64,000 nucleotides of DNA from NCBI GenBank assembly GCA_030916945.1, contig JAUPVS010000001.1:2138-66137 (forward strand). The letters are read 5' to 3'. The translations under genes were made by a program, and so were the position numbers. This document shows, piece after piece, positions 27,347 to 36,655 of this stretch. The DNA is from Patescibacteria group bacterium (GTDB lineage: Bacteria > Patescibacteriota > Saccharimonadia > Saccharimonadales > JAUPVS01). Below the pieces are notes generated by a model that worked only from the letters and a program-made list of their open reading frames with translations, was not told the DNA's origin and ran no database searches. The stretch's first letter is position 1, and the number at the start of each line of letters is the position of its first letter.

Positions 27347-29959
27347 ATGAAGAAAATTTTCAAAAAAGTACTCGGCGATCCCCAGGCCAAAACACTAAAG
27401 CGTTTGCAAAAACGAGTGGCGGTCGTCAACAATCTTGGTCCAAAGTACAAAAAAATGACCGACGCGCAGCTCAAAGAGCAAACCGCTAAACTTAAAAAAC
27501 GACTTAAAAAAGAAAGTCTTGATGCCATCTTGCCCGACGCTTTTGCGCTGGTCCGAGAAGCGGCTAGTCGTACCATCGGCCAACGACACTTTGATGTGCA
27601 ATTGATTGGCGGTATGGCTTTACACGAGGGAAGTGTGGCCGAAATGAAAACTGGTGAAGGTAAAACTTTGGTAGCTACCTTGCCAGTTTACTTGAACGCA
27701 TTGACCGAAAAAGGTGTTCACGTGGTGACCGTTAACGACTATCTGGCTCAGCTCCACGCTGGTTGGATGGGCGAAGTTTACGCCTTCTTAGGTCTTACCA
27801 CTGCTGTTATTATTGCCGAAGAATCATATATTTATGATGCTAACTTCACCAACAAGAATCATTACGACAAGCGTATGCATCCGCTTAAGCCTTGCACCCG
27901 CCAAGAAGCCTACGCCGCCGACGTTACTTATGGTACTAACAACGAGTTTGGTTTTGACTACCTGCGCGACAACATGGTTCGCGAAGTTGAACAGCTTCGT
28001 CAGCGCGAACTGCACTTTGCCATCGTCGACGAAGTCGACTCTATCTTGATTGACGAAGCCCGTACGCCGCTGATTATTTCGGCGCCATCAAGTACAAGTG
28101 CCAGCGCCTACTTGCAGTTTAGTAAGGTGGCCCGCCAGCTCAAAAAAGATGATCACTTCGAAATTGACGAAAAGCGCAAAGCCGTTGTCCTAACCGACGA
28201 AGGCGTCGAGCACGTCGAGAAAATTCTTGGCATCGACAACTTATATGCCACCGATAACATCCGTACCATCTACCACCTGGAGCAAGCCCTGCGCGCCGAA
28301 GCTCTATTTAAACGCGACAAGGACTATGTGGTAACAACTGACGGTGAAGTGGTGATTGTCGACGAGTTTACCGGACGCTTGCTTAAAGGCCGGCGCTATA
28401 ACGAAGGTTTACACCAAGCCATCGAAGCTAAAGAAAGCGTTGATGTCCAAGAAGAATCAATGACCTTGGCGACAATTTCTTTCCAGAACTACTTCCGTTT
28501 GTACGAAAAGTTGTCGGGTATGACCGGTACGGCCGAAACCGAGAGCGAAGAGTTCCACCAGATTTACGAACTAAGCGTCCTGCAAATTCCTTCTAACAAA
28601 AAGGTTATTCGTGAGGACCGACCAGACCGCATTTATAAATCCGAAGAAGGTAAGTTTGCCGCCATTATCAAAGAAGTCCGCGTCTTACAGCAGAAAGGTC
28701 AGCCGGTTTTGATCGGTTCGGCCTCGATCGAAAAGAACGAACGTTTGGCGCAGCTCTTAAAGAAGTCGGGCATCAAGCACGAAATCCTGAACGCCAAGAA
28801 CAACGAACGCGAAGCCGCCATTGTGGCCAAGGCTGGCCAAAAGGGAGCCGTAACGCTGGCTACCAACATTGCTGGTCGTGGTACTGACATTATGCTCGAC
28901 GAAGACGTCAAGAAATTAGGCGGTTTGTTCATTCTTGGTTCGGAACGACACGAGTCGCGCCGGATTGATAACCAGTTGCGCGGACGGGCCGGTCGCCAAG
29001 GCGATCCTGGTATTACCCAGTTCTTTGTAAGCACTGATGATGACCTGATGCGGGTGTTCGGTGGTGATCGGATTGCCTCGATTATGCAACGCATGAATGT
29101 TCCCGAAGATATGCCGATCGAAAACCGCATCATCTCACGCAGCCTAGAATCGGCCCAAAAGAAAGTTGAAGGCCGCAACTTTGATATGCGTAAAAACGTC
29201 GTTCAATACGACGATGTTATGAACCGCCACCGCCGCGCCATCTACACTATGCGTAAAGAGATTCTGCATCGAGCCGACATCGAAAAACGCATCCGTATCT
29301 TTATCGAACAAGAAGCCCGGGTTCTAGCCGCCTCGCCACTAGCTACTAGCGACGCTTACGAGGCATTGATTGTTGAGGCCTTTGCCTTTGACGACGCTAC
29401 CTTGGATCGTCTGTTCGACACCGAAGCTAGTGCTTTCGAAAAGGTCTTGGTTCAGGAGTCGATTAGCCTATACGAATCACGGACGGCCGCTTTTGGCCCG
29501 GACAACATGCGCAAGGTGGAACGCGACATTTACTTGCAGGTGCTTGATAACCTCTGGATGCAACACCTCGAAAACATGGAACACTTGCGCGAGGGCATTG
29601 GTTGGATCAGTGTTGGTCAGCGTGACCCATTGGTAGAGTACCGCCGCCAAGGTCAGATTTTGTTTGAAACCATGCAAGAGACGTTAAGACACGACGTAGT
29701 CCGGACACTTTTGCATGCCGAACCGGTTGCCAGCGACTACGACGAACCAATCGAAACCGAACTAACCCGAGCCGCCCGCCGCTCGATTGATAACGCCGAC
29801 AAGGTGATCGAGTCAGACGAGTTTGTCGAAACCGATTTTAAGGTGGCTGCGCAGGGAAGTTTACCAACTAGTAGCACCAAAAAGGTTGTATCGTCGAACG
29901 CCCGCAAGAAGGCTCGAAAAGCTGAGCGCAAGCGCAAGAACAAGGCTAGGAAGAAATAG
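27347..29959 (+). CDS. secA: Preprotein translocase ATPase SecA
   Basis: MKTGEGKTLVATLP Walker A, DEVDSILIDEARTPLIIS, ATNIAGRGTDI. The C-terminus is a Lys/Arg-rich tail and I see no Cys/His zinc-finger motif. Confidence 0.95.
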   Translation: MKKIFKKVLGDPQAKTLKRLQKRVAVVNNLGPKYKKMTDAQLKEQTAKLKKRLKKESLDAILPDAFALVREAASRTIGQRHFDVQLIGGMALHEGSVAEMKTGEGKTLVATLPVYLNALTEKGVHVVTVNDYLAQLHAGWMGEVYAFLGLTTAVIIAEESYIYDANFTNKNHYDKRMHPLKPCTRQEAYAADVTYGTNNEFGFDYLRDNMVREVEQLRQRELHFAIVDEVDSILIDEARTPLIISAPSSTSASAYLQFSKVARQLKKDDHFEIDEKRKAVVLTDEGVEHVEKILGIDNLYATDNIRTIYHLEQALRAEALFKRDKDYVVTTDGEVVIVDEFTGRLLKGRRYNEGLHQAIEAKESVDVQEESMTLATISFQNYFRLYEKLSGMTGTAETESEEFHQIYELSVLQIPSNKKVIREDRPDRIYKSEEGKFAAIIKEVRVLQQKGQPVLIGSASIEKNERLAQLLKKSGIKHEILNAKNNEREAAIVAKAGQKGAVTLATNIAGRGTDIMLDEDVKKLGGLFILGSERHESRRIDNQLRGRAGRQGDPGITQFFVSTDDDLMRVFGGDRIASIMQRMNVPEDMPIENRIISRSLESAQKKVEGRNFDMRKNVVQYDDVMNRHRRAIYTMRKEILHRADIEKRIRIFIEQEARVLAASPLATSDAYEALIVEAFAFDDATLDRLFDTEASAFEKVLVQESISLYESRTAAFGPDNMRKVERDIYLQVLDNLWMQHLENMEHLREGIGWISVGQRDPLVEYRRQGQILFETMQETLRHDVVRTLLHAEPVASDYDEPIETELTRAARRSIDNADKVIESDEFVETDFKVAAQGSLPTSSTKKVVSSNARKKARKAERKRKNKARKK

Positions 29960-29960
29960 T

Positions 29961-30043
29961 GCCTTCCGCCTCAACTTTCCCTCAAGACCAGAGTCCTCGG
30001 CCTTCGGCCTGCGGGTGGCCTTTCGGAATAGTTGAGCGGAAGC
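29961..30043 (+). other. Long imperfect GC-rich hairpin downstream of secA
   Basis: cttccgcctcaact (29963-29976) pairs with agttgagcggaag (30030-30042) with one bulge; ttcc (29977-29980) pairs with ggaa (30025-30028); inner ggcc-ttc-ggcc hairpin at 29999-30009. Confidence 0.5.
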
Positions 30044-30095
30044 ATTCTTCCTTTAGTTCGAAGCCGCAGTGGCAGGGAAGGCTGGAGACAACCTA

Positions 30096-31382
30096 ATGAA
30101 GCATTCAGTATCAGAGATAAAAACTAAGAATGGTGCCAGAGGGTTGCTGGTTCATATTCCTGATGCCACGGTTATGACCTTTGACTTTAATTTTAGAGCC
30201 GGCGAGTATTTGGTGGATCGAAAAATTTGGGAAACGCCGCACCTGATGGAACACATGTTGCTGGGCGCTAACCAGCTAATTCCTAAGGCCCGAGCCTTTC
30301 AAGCCGAGTTCGAAAAGAATGGTGCCTACTCTAATGCTTCGACCGGAACCTATGAAATCACCTATGAAGCCGAATGCGCCGATTTTGAATGGGACCGAAT
30401 TCTAGGTCTGCTGATTACATCAATAACCAAGCCTTTGTTTTTAGCCGAAGAGTTTCTGGCTGAGTCGGGCAATGTTCGCGAAGAGCTGATTTCACGATCT
30501 AACAGCCATTTCCGCCACTTGAGCTTGGCGCTACGCGAAGAGTACGGCTTTAAGGTTGTGACCGATCAAGAACGAATTCGTTTGATGGATAACGTTACCC
30601 TTGAGGATATTAATCGTCACTACAAACAAACCCATACTAGTAGTAATTTACGTTTTGTAATAGCTGGCAATATTACCCCAGAGCGTAAGGCGGCCATTAA
30701 AACCGTGATTGGGTCGATCGAGTTGCCAGAAGGTGATGGTCGTACCGCGTTGCCTGTCGAAGTGCCGCATCGACTCGACAAGCCGCTGTATGTTCCCAAA
30801 AAATCCGTCGACAACATTTACTTCTACCTGGATACTTTTAAATTGCGTCAACTGAGTGACCCAGAAGGCGATGCCTTGGGCCTGCTTAACACCATGTTAA
30901 CTGAGACGCTGTACTCACGTATTTGGGGAACGGCTCGCGAGAAGGGCTTAGTTTATAGCATGAGTTCTGGTCATTCAATTTTGGAGGCAAGTAGTAACTG
31001 GTGGTTCGGGGCTCAGGTGTCACCGGCTAACGCCAAGCCACTCTTCAATATAATTACTAAAGAGTTGGGGACTTTGTTTGGTGGCGATCTAGCTGACGAA
31101 GATGTCCAGGCTGCCAAGCAGTACTCGGTCGGTCGCTATCAGCGTAGTGCCCAGACGGTAGGTGGTACGGCCAGCGGCTATGCTAACCGCTATTTCTTCG
31201 ACGAAGTTATCGAAGACTTTTACCAATTGCCAACCCGCATAAAAGCCATTAACAAACAACGTATTATCAAAGTCGCTAACACCATGTTTGAGGATAATAT
31301 TTGGGGGCTAGGTTGTTTAAGTAACGCCGGTCCGGAGTTTGCCGATAACCTCTATAAGCAGGCCTCGCGATTGTGGCCGTAA
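30096..31382 (+). CDS. M16 (pitrilysin) family zinc peptidase
   Basis: Inverted zinc motif HLMEH (HxxEH) near the N-terminus; two-domain length of about 430 aa. An alternative GTG start lies at 30069. Confidence 0.75.
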   Translation: MKHSVSEIKTKNGARGLLVHIPDATVMTFDFNFRAGEYLVDRKIWETPHLMEHMLLGANQLIPKARAFQAEFEKNGAYSNASTGTYEITYEAECADFEWDRILGLLITSITKPLFLAEEFLAESGNVREELISRSNSHFRHLSLALREEYGFKVVTDQERIRLMDNVTLEDINRHYKQTHTSSNLRFVIAGNITPERKAAIKTVIGSIELPEGDGRTALPVEVPHRLDKPLYVPKKSVDNIYFYLDTFKLRQLSDPEGDALGLLNTMLTETLYSRIWGTAREKGLVYSMSSGHSILEASSNWWFGAQVSPANAKPLFNIITKELGTLFGGDLADEDVQAAKQYSVGRYQRSAQTVGGTASGYANRYFFDEVIEDFYQLPTRIKAINKQRIIKVANTMFEDNIWGLGCLSNAGPEFADNLYKQASRLWP

Positions 31383-31432
31383 TCATGCTTATGGTATGAT
31401 ACGAATAATGTAACTAAGCGAGAACTTAAACA

Positions 31433-32107
31433 ATGCCTCCACAAGAACCAACTAATGACCCAGTACCAACCACAACGCCGCCGCCAACTGACACGCCAGT
31501 TGATAGTGGGACTCCTATAAATGTCACTAGCACTGACACGCCAGCCCCTGACGACACACCGTCATTTGATAGCTCACCAGCTACTACGCCAACCGACAGT
31601 TTTTCAGCACCATCATCGGCTGAGACATCACCAATAACCGAAACCATGCCAGTTGATAGCCCGGTTACGCCAGCCATGCCTAGCGATCCAACCATGGCCG
31701 GCGTTAATGATACGGTTGGATTCGGCACTGAGCCAAGTAGTCTACCGACTACGCCAACCCCTCCAACCGACAGCTTTTCGACACCAGCGCCAGCCGGCGT
31801 AGGTGAGGCCCCAACAGCTGATGCTTACGGCGAAGGTTCAATGGGCGCGGCCACGGCAACGCCGTCGGCTCTCCCTAGCGACCCAGCCAACCCAGTGCCA
31901 GCCCCTGGCGCTAACGCCGGTATGCCGCTTCATCCTATGCATGCCGAAAAAGGTGGTAAAAAAGGCTTGATGATTGCCTTGATCGCCGGAGTTCTGATTA
32001 TCGCCGTAATGCTTCTGGCGGTCGTTGTACTCGGCGGCTCTTCTTCCGAAACAGATGCCACTACTACCGAAACAACCGAGTCTAGCACTACAACTACCCA
32101 AGAGTAG
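31433..32107 (+). CDS. Hypothetical Pro/Thr/Ser-rich tail-anchored protein
   Basis: 224 aa of low-complexity PT-rich sequence; KGGKKG + TM (LMIALIAGVLIIAVMLLAVVVLGG) + short Ser/Thr/Glu tail. Confidence 0.6.
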   Translation: MPPQEPTNDPVPTTTPPPTDTPVDSGTPINVTSTDTPAPDDTPSFDSSPATTPTDSFSAPSSAETSPITETMPVDSPVTPAMPSDPTMAGVNDTVGFGTEPSSLPTTPTPPTDSFSTPAPAGVGEAPTADAYGEGSMGAATATPSALPSDPANPVPAPGANAGMPLHPMHAEKGGKKGLMIALIAGVLIIAVMLLAVVVLGGSSSETDATTTETTESSTTTTQE

Positions 32108-32123
32108 GTTATAATCTGCAGTA

Positions 32124-33218
32124 ATGCAGGAACTAATTTCGCAATTTACCGAACTCAAAGCCCGGCTCGAAGAAGCGGTGGCTATTTTACAGATTTCAAA
32201 ACTAAAGTCTGAACAAGCCGAATTAACAAAGCGTAGCCAGGCAGCTGGATTTTGGGATGATCAAAATCAAGCCCAGCAGGTGATGAAGCAGTTAGCTAGT
32301 CTACAGGCGCGGGTTGAGCCGTGGCAGAAGTTGCAGAGCCAGGTAGACGAAGCCTTGGAACTGGCTCAGTTGAATGACGAAAGTGTTAAAAGTGATCTGG
32401 AAAAACAGTTGGTGGCTGCCCAGAACGAGATGAGTCAGCTCAAAAAACAACTACAGTTTAGCGGGCCATACGACCAACTCGGCGCCATTCTTTCTATTCA
32501 CGCCGGGGCTGGTGGCACAGACGCTCAGGACTGGGCTCAGATGCTACTACGTATGTATGTTCGTTGGGCCGAACAGCAGGGGTTTAGCGTCGAAACACTG
32601 GAACAGTCGCCCGGCGAGGAGGCCGGTCTTAAAAGTGTCACGATTGATATTAGCGGTGCTTTTGCCTACGGTAAACTACAATCCGAGCACGGCGTCCATC
32701 GACTAGTCAGATTGAGTCCGTTTAATTCCGACAACCTGCGCCAGACCAGTTTTGCCAAGGTCGAAGTTTTGCCTAAAGTCGAAGCCGACGCTAACTTAGC
32801 GCTTGACGAAAAAGATCTGAAAATTGATGTCTACCGGGCTGGTGGCCACGGCGGCCAATCAGTTAACACCACCGATTCAGCGGTTCGGATTACACATATA
32901 CCGTCGGGCATTACCGTTGCCATCCAGAACGAGCGCTCGCAACTGCAAAATAAAGAGACCGCCTTAACAATAATTCGGTCACGTCTAGCCCAGCTACAAA
33001 TTGAACAGCACAAAGAAAAACTAGCCGAAATTAAGGGACCAAACCAATCGGCCGAGTGGGGTAACCAGATTCGCAGCTATGTTCTGCACCCTTACAAGCA
33101 GGCCAAAGATCTGCGCACTCGCCACGAAACCAGCGATGTTGACGGGGTGCTGGCCGGTGATCTTAACCCGTTCATTGACGCCTATTTGGAAAAACAGCTC
33201 GGCAACCCGACCGCCTAG
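32124..33218 (+). CDS. prfB: Peptide chain release factor 2 (single uninterrupted ORF)
   Basis: SPF tripeptide (RLSPFNSD), GGQ ([24 protein letters not shown]). The full N-terminal domain is in frame, so there is no +1 frameshift site. Confidence 0.95.
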   Translation: MQELISQFTELKARLEEAVAILQISKLKSEQAELTKRSQAAGFWDDQNQAQQVMKQLASLQARVEPWQKLQSQVDEALELAQLNDESVKSDLEKQLVAAQNEMSQLKKQLQFSGPYDQLGAILSIHAGAGGTDAQDWAQMLLRMYVRWAEQQGFSVETLEQSPGEEAGLKSVTIDISGAFAYGKLQSEHGVHRLVRLSPFNSDNLRQTSFAKVEVLPKVEADANLALDEKDLKIDVYRAGGHGGQSVNTTDSAVRITHIPSGITVAIQNERSQLQNKETALTIIRSRLAQLQIEQHKEKLAEIKGPNQSAEWGNQIRSYVLHPYKQAKDLRTRHETSDVDGVLAGDLNPFIDAYLEKQLGNPTA

Positions 33219-33274
33219 TTGTAATATTTGCCAACCTTAAGAATTATTTAATCTTTGGTCGATATGCTATTTGT

Positions 33275-33595
33275 ATGACCGAGGAAATAGTTACCAATAA
33301 GACGATTCTGGACGCCGTAAGATCCATTGGCGTTAGGGTTGATGACTTGCAGGCATGGTGCACCCGCCAATTTGCCGGTATCGACCAACGCTTCGATGCT
33401 ATCGACCAGCGCTTTGATGCCATTGATCAACACCTGGAGCAGCAAGATTTGCGGCTGAGCAGCCTCGAGCACTTAGTGCGAAATCTTGGTTTTGAAATGA
33501 GTCTGGTAAAGAAGAAGGTAGACGAGGTCGACGGACGACTGATGGCGGTAGAGAACGACATTAAAGAAATCTATTTCCACTGGACTTTTGACTAG
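33275..33595 (+). CDS. Hypothetical small coiled-coil protein with IDQRFDA repeats
   Basis: 106 aa; in-frame 21-nt tandem repeat (33380-33421 plus a partial third copy) whose copies differ only at synonymous positions. Confidence 0.6.
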   Translation: MTEEIVTNKTILDAVRSIGVRVDDLQAWCTRQFAGIDQRFDAIDQRFDAIDQHLEQQDLRLSSLEHLVRNLGFEMSLVKKKVDEVDGRLMAVENDIKEIYFHWTFD

Positions 33596-33628
33596 ATTGC
33601 CTGCAATCACCTCACTGCGTTCGGTGGA

Positions 33629-33699
33629 AACAAACCCAGCATCACTTCGTGCTGCTTGCGAATTATAAATTCGCACAGCTTTCGCTGCCGGGGTTTGTT
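33629..33699 (+). other. Compact four-way-junction (cloverleaf-like) candidate RNA structure
   Basis: P1 33629-33637/33691-33699 (9 bp); P2 33638-41/33650-53; P3 33657-64/33668-75 (8 bp); P4 33676-79/33684-87. Paired by eye, not folded computationally. Confidence 0.35.
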
Positions 33700-33711
33700 A
33701 TAATAATGCTA

Positions 33712-34395
33712 ATGATTCTATTGGACCGAGTTAGCAAAGTTTACGGTAAGGGTATGTCGCCGGCACTAGACCGCATTAGTTTGCATGTCGAGCCGCGCGA
33801 ATTTGTGATCGTGGTTGGCTCGAGCGGCGCTGGTAAGTCGACGCTTTTAAAGCTACTTACCAGGGAAGAGAAGCCAACCAGTGGCAAGATTATTGTCGGT
33901 GGCATCGACTACGACAAACTTAAAGATAAAGAAATTCCGTATCTCCGCCGACGCATTGGTACCGTCTTCCAGGACTTTAAGCTGCTTCCCAATAAGACTG
34001 TTTTCGAAAACGTGGCCTTTGCTTTAGAAATTGTTGGTACTGGCAAGCAAGAGATTCGTTATACCGTGCCGCGCGTACTCGATATAGTTGGCTTAAAGGG
34101 TAAAGAAAAGCGAATGCCGATGGAGCTATCTGGTGGTGAACGTCAGCGGGTAGCCATCGCCCGAGCCATCGCCCGCCAGCCTAAGATCTTAATTGCCGAT
34201 GAGCCCACCGGTAACCTCGACCCCAAGCACGCTTGGGATGTAGTCAAGGTTCTCCAGAAAATTAACGAATACGGTACTACCGTCCTGCTGACCACACATA
34301 ACCAAGAAATTGTTAACAAGTTGAAGCGACGGGTGATTACCATCAATGATGGCAAGATCGCCAGCGATCGTGCTCAGGGAGCCTACAAGGGATGA
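33712..34395 (+). CDS. ftsE: Cell division ATP-binding protein FtsE
   Basis: Walker A GSSGAGKST, ABC signature LSGGERQRVAIARA, Walker B ILIADEPT. Start MILLDRVSKVYG at 33712, 7 nt after TGtTATAAT. Confidence 0.9.
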   Translation: MILLDRVSKVYGKGMSPALDRISLHVEPREFVIVVGSSGAGKSTLLKLLTREEKPTSGKIIVGGIDYDKLKDKEIPYLRRRIGTVFQDFKLLPNKTVFENVAFALEIVGTGKQEIRYTVPRVLDIVGLKGKEKRMPMELSGGERQRVAIARAIARQPKILIADEPTGNLDPKHAWDVVKVLQKINEYGTTVLLTTHNQEIVNKLKRRVITINDGKIASDRAQGAYKG

Positions 34396-35345
34396 AAAGC
34401 TTCCGCCGCAAACTGATTGTTATGGAGCGCATTTTTAAGGCCGGGGCTATTAACTTTGTCCGTAATGCCTGGCTGTCGGCCGCCGCCATTGCCGTAATGG
34501 TGATTACGCTAACCATCGTACTTTTTTCGGTGATTGCTCGAGCTACATTTAATAACACTATCGCCCAGATTAATGACAAAATTGATGTCTCGGTCTATCT
34601 TAAGGACGACGTCTCGACGCAGCAAAAGGACCGCCTGGTAAAACAAGCCTCCGACTTAAAAACTGTCAAATCGGTAACCTATGTTTCCAAACAGGAGGCG
34701 CTAGAAAAGTACAAGAAAGACAACCAAAATAATGCCGACTTGTTGGTGGCTATATCACAAACTGACAACCCGTTACCGGCTAGTCTTAAGATAAAACCAA
34801 ACGACCCCAACCAGCTCCAGGAGCTCAAGGTTTTTCTAGAAAAGCCGGAGAACAAGGCGCTTCAATCTGACGAAACTTCATATTCGGGCGATCGTAAAGA
34901 AGCTATCGATAAAATCAGCAATGCCACCAACTTTATTCAGAAGGGTGGATTGGTGGGGATTATCATATTTACCGTGATATCGATGCTGATTATCTTTAAC
35001 ACCATTCGAATGGCCATATTTAACCGTCGCGACGAATTGAATATTATGCGACTGCTAGGTGCTAGCACCTGGTTTATCAGGGGACCTTTCATTGTAGAAA
35101 CAATGCTTTACGGCTTAATTGCCGCGATTATATCGGTACTCATCTGTAACGCCTTGTTTAGTGTCTCCTCAACGACCTTCGAGGCCAGCAGTCTTGGTTT
35201 GCTCGACATTGGTTTTGCTAATGAATACTTCGTTAATCATTACTGGATTATCTTGACCGCGCAGATTGCTATCGGTATAGTTATTGGAGCCGCTTCTTCT
35301 TACTTTGCGACCCGGCGGTATCTCAAATTTAAATCGACAAAATAA
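34392..35345 (+). CDS. ftsX: Cell division permease FtsX
   Basis: 4 TM with a large first extracytoplasmic loop; RRDELNIMRLLGAS motif; ATGA overlap with ftsE. Confidence 0.9.
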   Translation: MKSFRRKLIVMERIFKAGAINFVRNAWLSAAAIAVMVITLTIVLFSVIARATFNNTIAQINDKIDVSVYLKDDVSTQQKDRLVKQASDLKTVKSVTYVSKQEALEKYKKDNQNNADLLVAISQTDNPLPASLKIKPNDPNQLQELKVFLEKPENKALQSDETSYSGDRKEAIDKISNATNFIQKGGLVGIIIFTVISMLIIFNTIRMAIFNRRDELNIMRLLGASTWFIRGPFIVETMLYGLIAAIISVLICNALFSVSSTTFEASSLGLLDIGFANEYFVNHYWIILTAQIAIGIVIGAASSYFATRRYLKFKSTK

Positions 35346-35405
35346 GCCATTATTCCTCTTTCAACATCTCGGTAGGGTAGGTTCAAAAGTATTGCGGAGT
35401 ATGTT

Positions 35406-36596
35406 ATGATAGATATGTTAAATCGTAAAAATCAAAAACAAATGAAACAAAAAGTTCACAAAACAACCGGTATGGTTCGACGTAACAGGCTAATTAAGTC
35501 ATTGGCCGTCGGGCTGTTGGTGATTGGCTTTGCCTTTAGTTCCATCGGGGCACCATTAGTGCGGGCTGATCGTTTTGAAGATGCTATTAACGCCTTGCGC
35601 GCCCAAAACGAACAAAACCAAGCCCAGGCTGGTCAGTTACAGGTTCAGGCCAGCAGCTACCAGGACGCCGTTGATAAGTTGCAAGCCCAAATTAATGCTC
35701 TTCAAGTTTCGATCGATGCCAATAAAGCCAAGCAAGCTGATCTGCAGAACCAAATCGCCGCTGCCGAAGCGGAGTTAGCTAAGCAGAAGAAGGTCTTGGG
35801 CGATAACATTCGTCAGATGTATCTAGAGGGCGAAATCAGCACTTTAGAGATGTTGGCTTCAAGCAAGGACCTCAGCCAATTTGTCGACAAGCAACAGTAT
35901 CGTAACTCGGTTCAGGCCAAGATCAAGGCTACGTTAGACCGCGTAACCGAATTGCGCCACCAGTTAGCAGCTCAAAAAGAAGAAGTCGAAAAGCTCCTAA
36001 AAGACCAAGAAGCCATGCAGGCTACCTTAGCTTCCCAGCGTAACGAGCAGAACAGCTTGCTAGCTTATACTCAAGCTCAGAAAGATCAGTTCGACCAAGC
36101 GACCCGGGCCAACAATAAAGAGATCGCCGCCCTGCGCGCCCAACAGGCCGCCGAGAATGCCCGTCTGTTTGGTGGCTCTAATCTAGTTCTAGGTACGGCT
36201 TGCGATACTAGCAAGGGCGACACCTATCCATCACCGTGGTGCTCATCGGCTCAAGATAGTCTGGTAGACCGTTGGGGCATGTTCAACCGCGAGTGTGTTA
36301 GCTACACCGCCTGGAAAGTCTACGAAAGCGGTCGTTACATGCCTTACTGGGGCGGAATTGGTAACGCTAACCAGTGGGACGACAACGCTCGGGCAGCTGG
36401 TATTCCGGTTGACGGTAGCCCGCGAGCTGGCGATGTGGCCATCAAGAACTCACAACCTTACGGTCATGCCATGTATGTCGAAAGTGTTAACCCTAACGGC
36501 ACCATTAATATTAGCCAGTATAACGCCAGCCTAGACGGACGATTTTCACTGGCCTACAATGTTTCGGCCAGCGGCCTAGTCTTCATACACTTCTAG
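35406..36596 (+). CDS. Coiled-coil + CHAP domain peptidoglycan hydrolase (PcsB/CwlO-like)
   Basis: N-terminal anchor, about 230 aa of Q/A/L-rich coiled coil, C-terminal CHAP (NRECVSYTAWKV ... GHAMYVESV). Confidence 0.8.
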   Translation: MIDMLNRKNQKQMKQKVHKTTGMVRRNRLIKSLAVGLLVIGFAFSSIGAPLVRADRFEDAINALRAQNEQNQAQAGQLQVQASSYQDAVDKLQAQINALQVSIDANKAKQADLQNQIAAAEAELAKQKKVLGDNIRQMYLEGEISTLEMLASSKDLSQFVDKQQYRNSVQAKIKATLDRVTELRHQLAAQKEEVEKLLKDQEAMQATLASQRNEQNSLLAYTQAQKDQFDQATRANNKEIAALRAQQAAENARLFGGSNLVLGTACDTSKGDTYPSPWCSSAQDSLVDRWGMFNRECVSYTAWKVYESGRYMPYWGGIGNANQWDDNARAAGIPVDGSPRAGDVAIKNSQPYGHAMYVESVNPNGTINISQYNASLDGRFSLAYNVSASGLVFIHF

Positions 36597-36655
36597 GCTC
36601 TTATGTGCCATAATAAATAGGCAAGCAGAAGCGTATTAATCTAATCTAGTGTGGA

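Noticed and set aside
33380-33433. CRISPR-like or other non-coding repeat array
   Set aside because: The 21-nt units are directly tandem, with no spacers, and in frame within an ORF. No other repeat-spacer architecture or cas genes occur in the window.
33629-33699. tRNA or tRNA-like gene interpretation of the cloverleaf-like element
   Set aside because: There is no GTTCRANYC T-loop. The would-be anticodon arm has an 8-bp stem and a 3-nt loop, and the acceptor stem is 9 bp with no CCA context. It is kept only as an unclassified structure.
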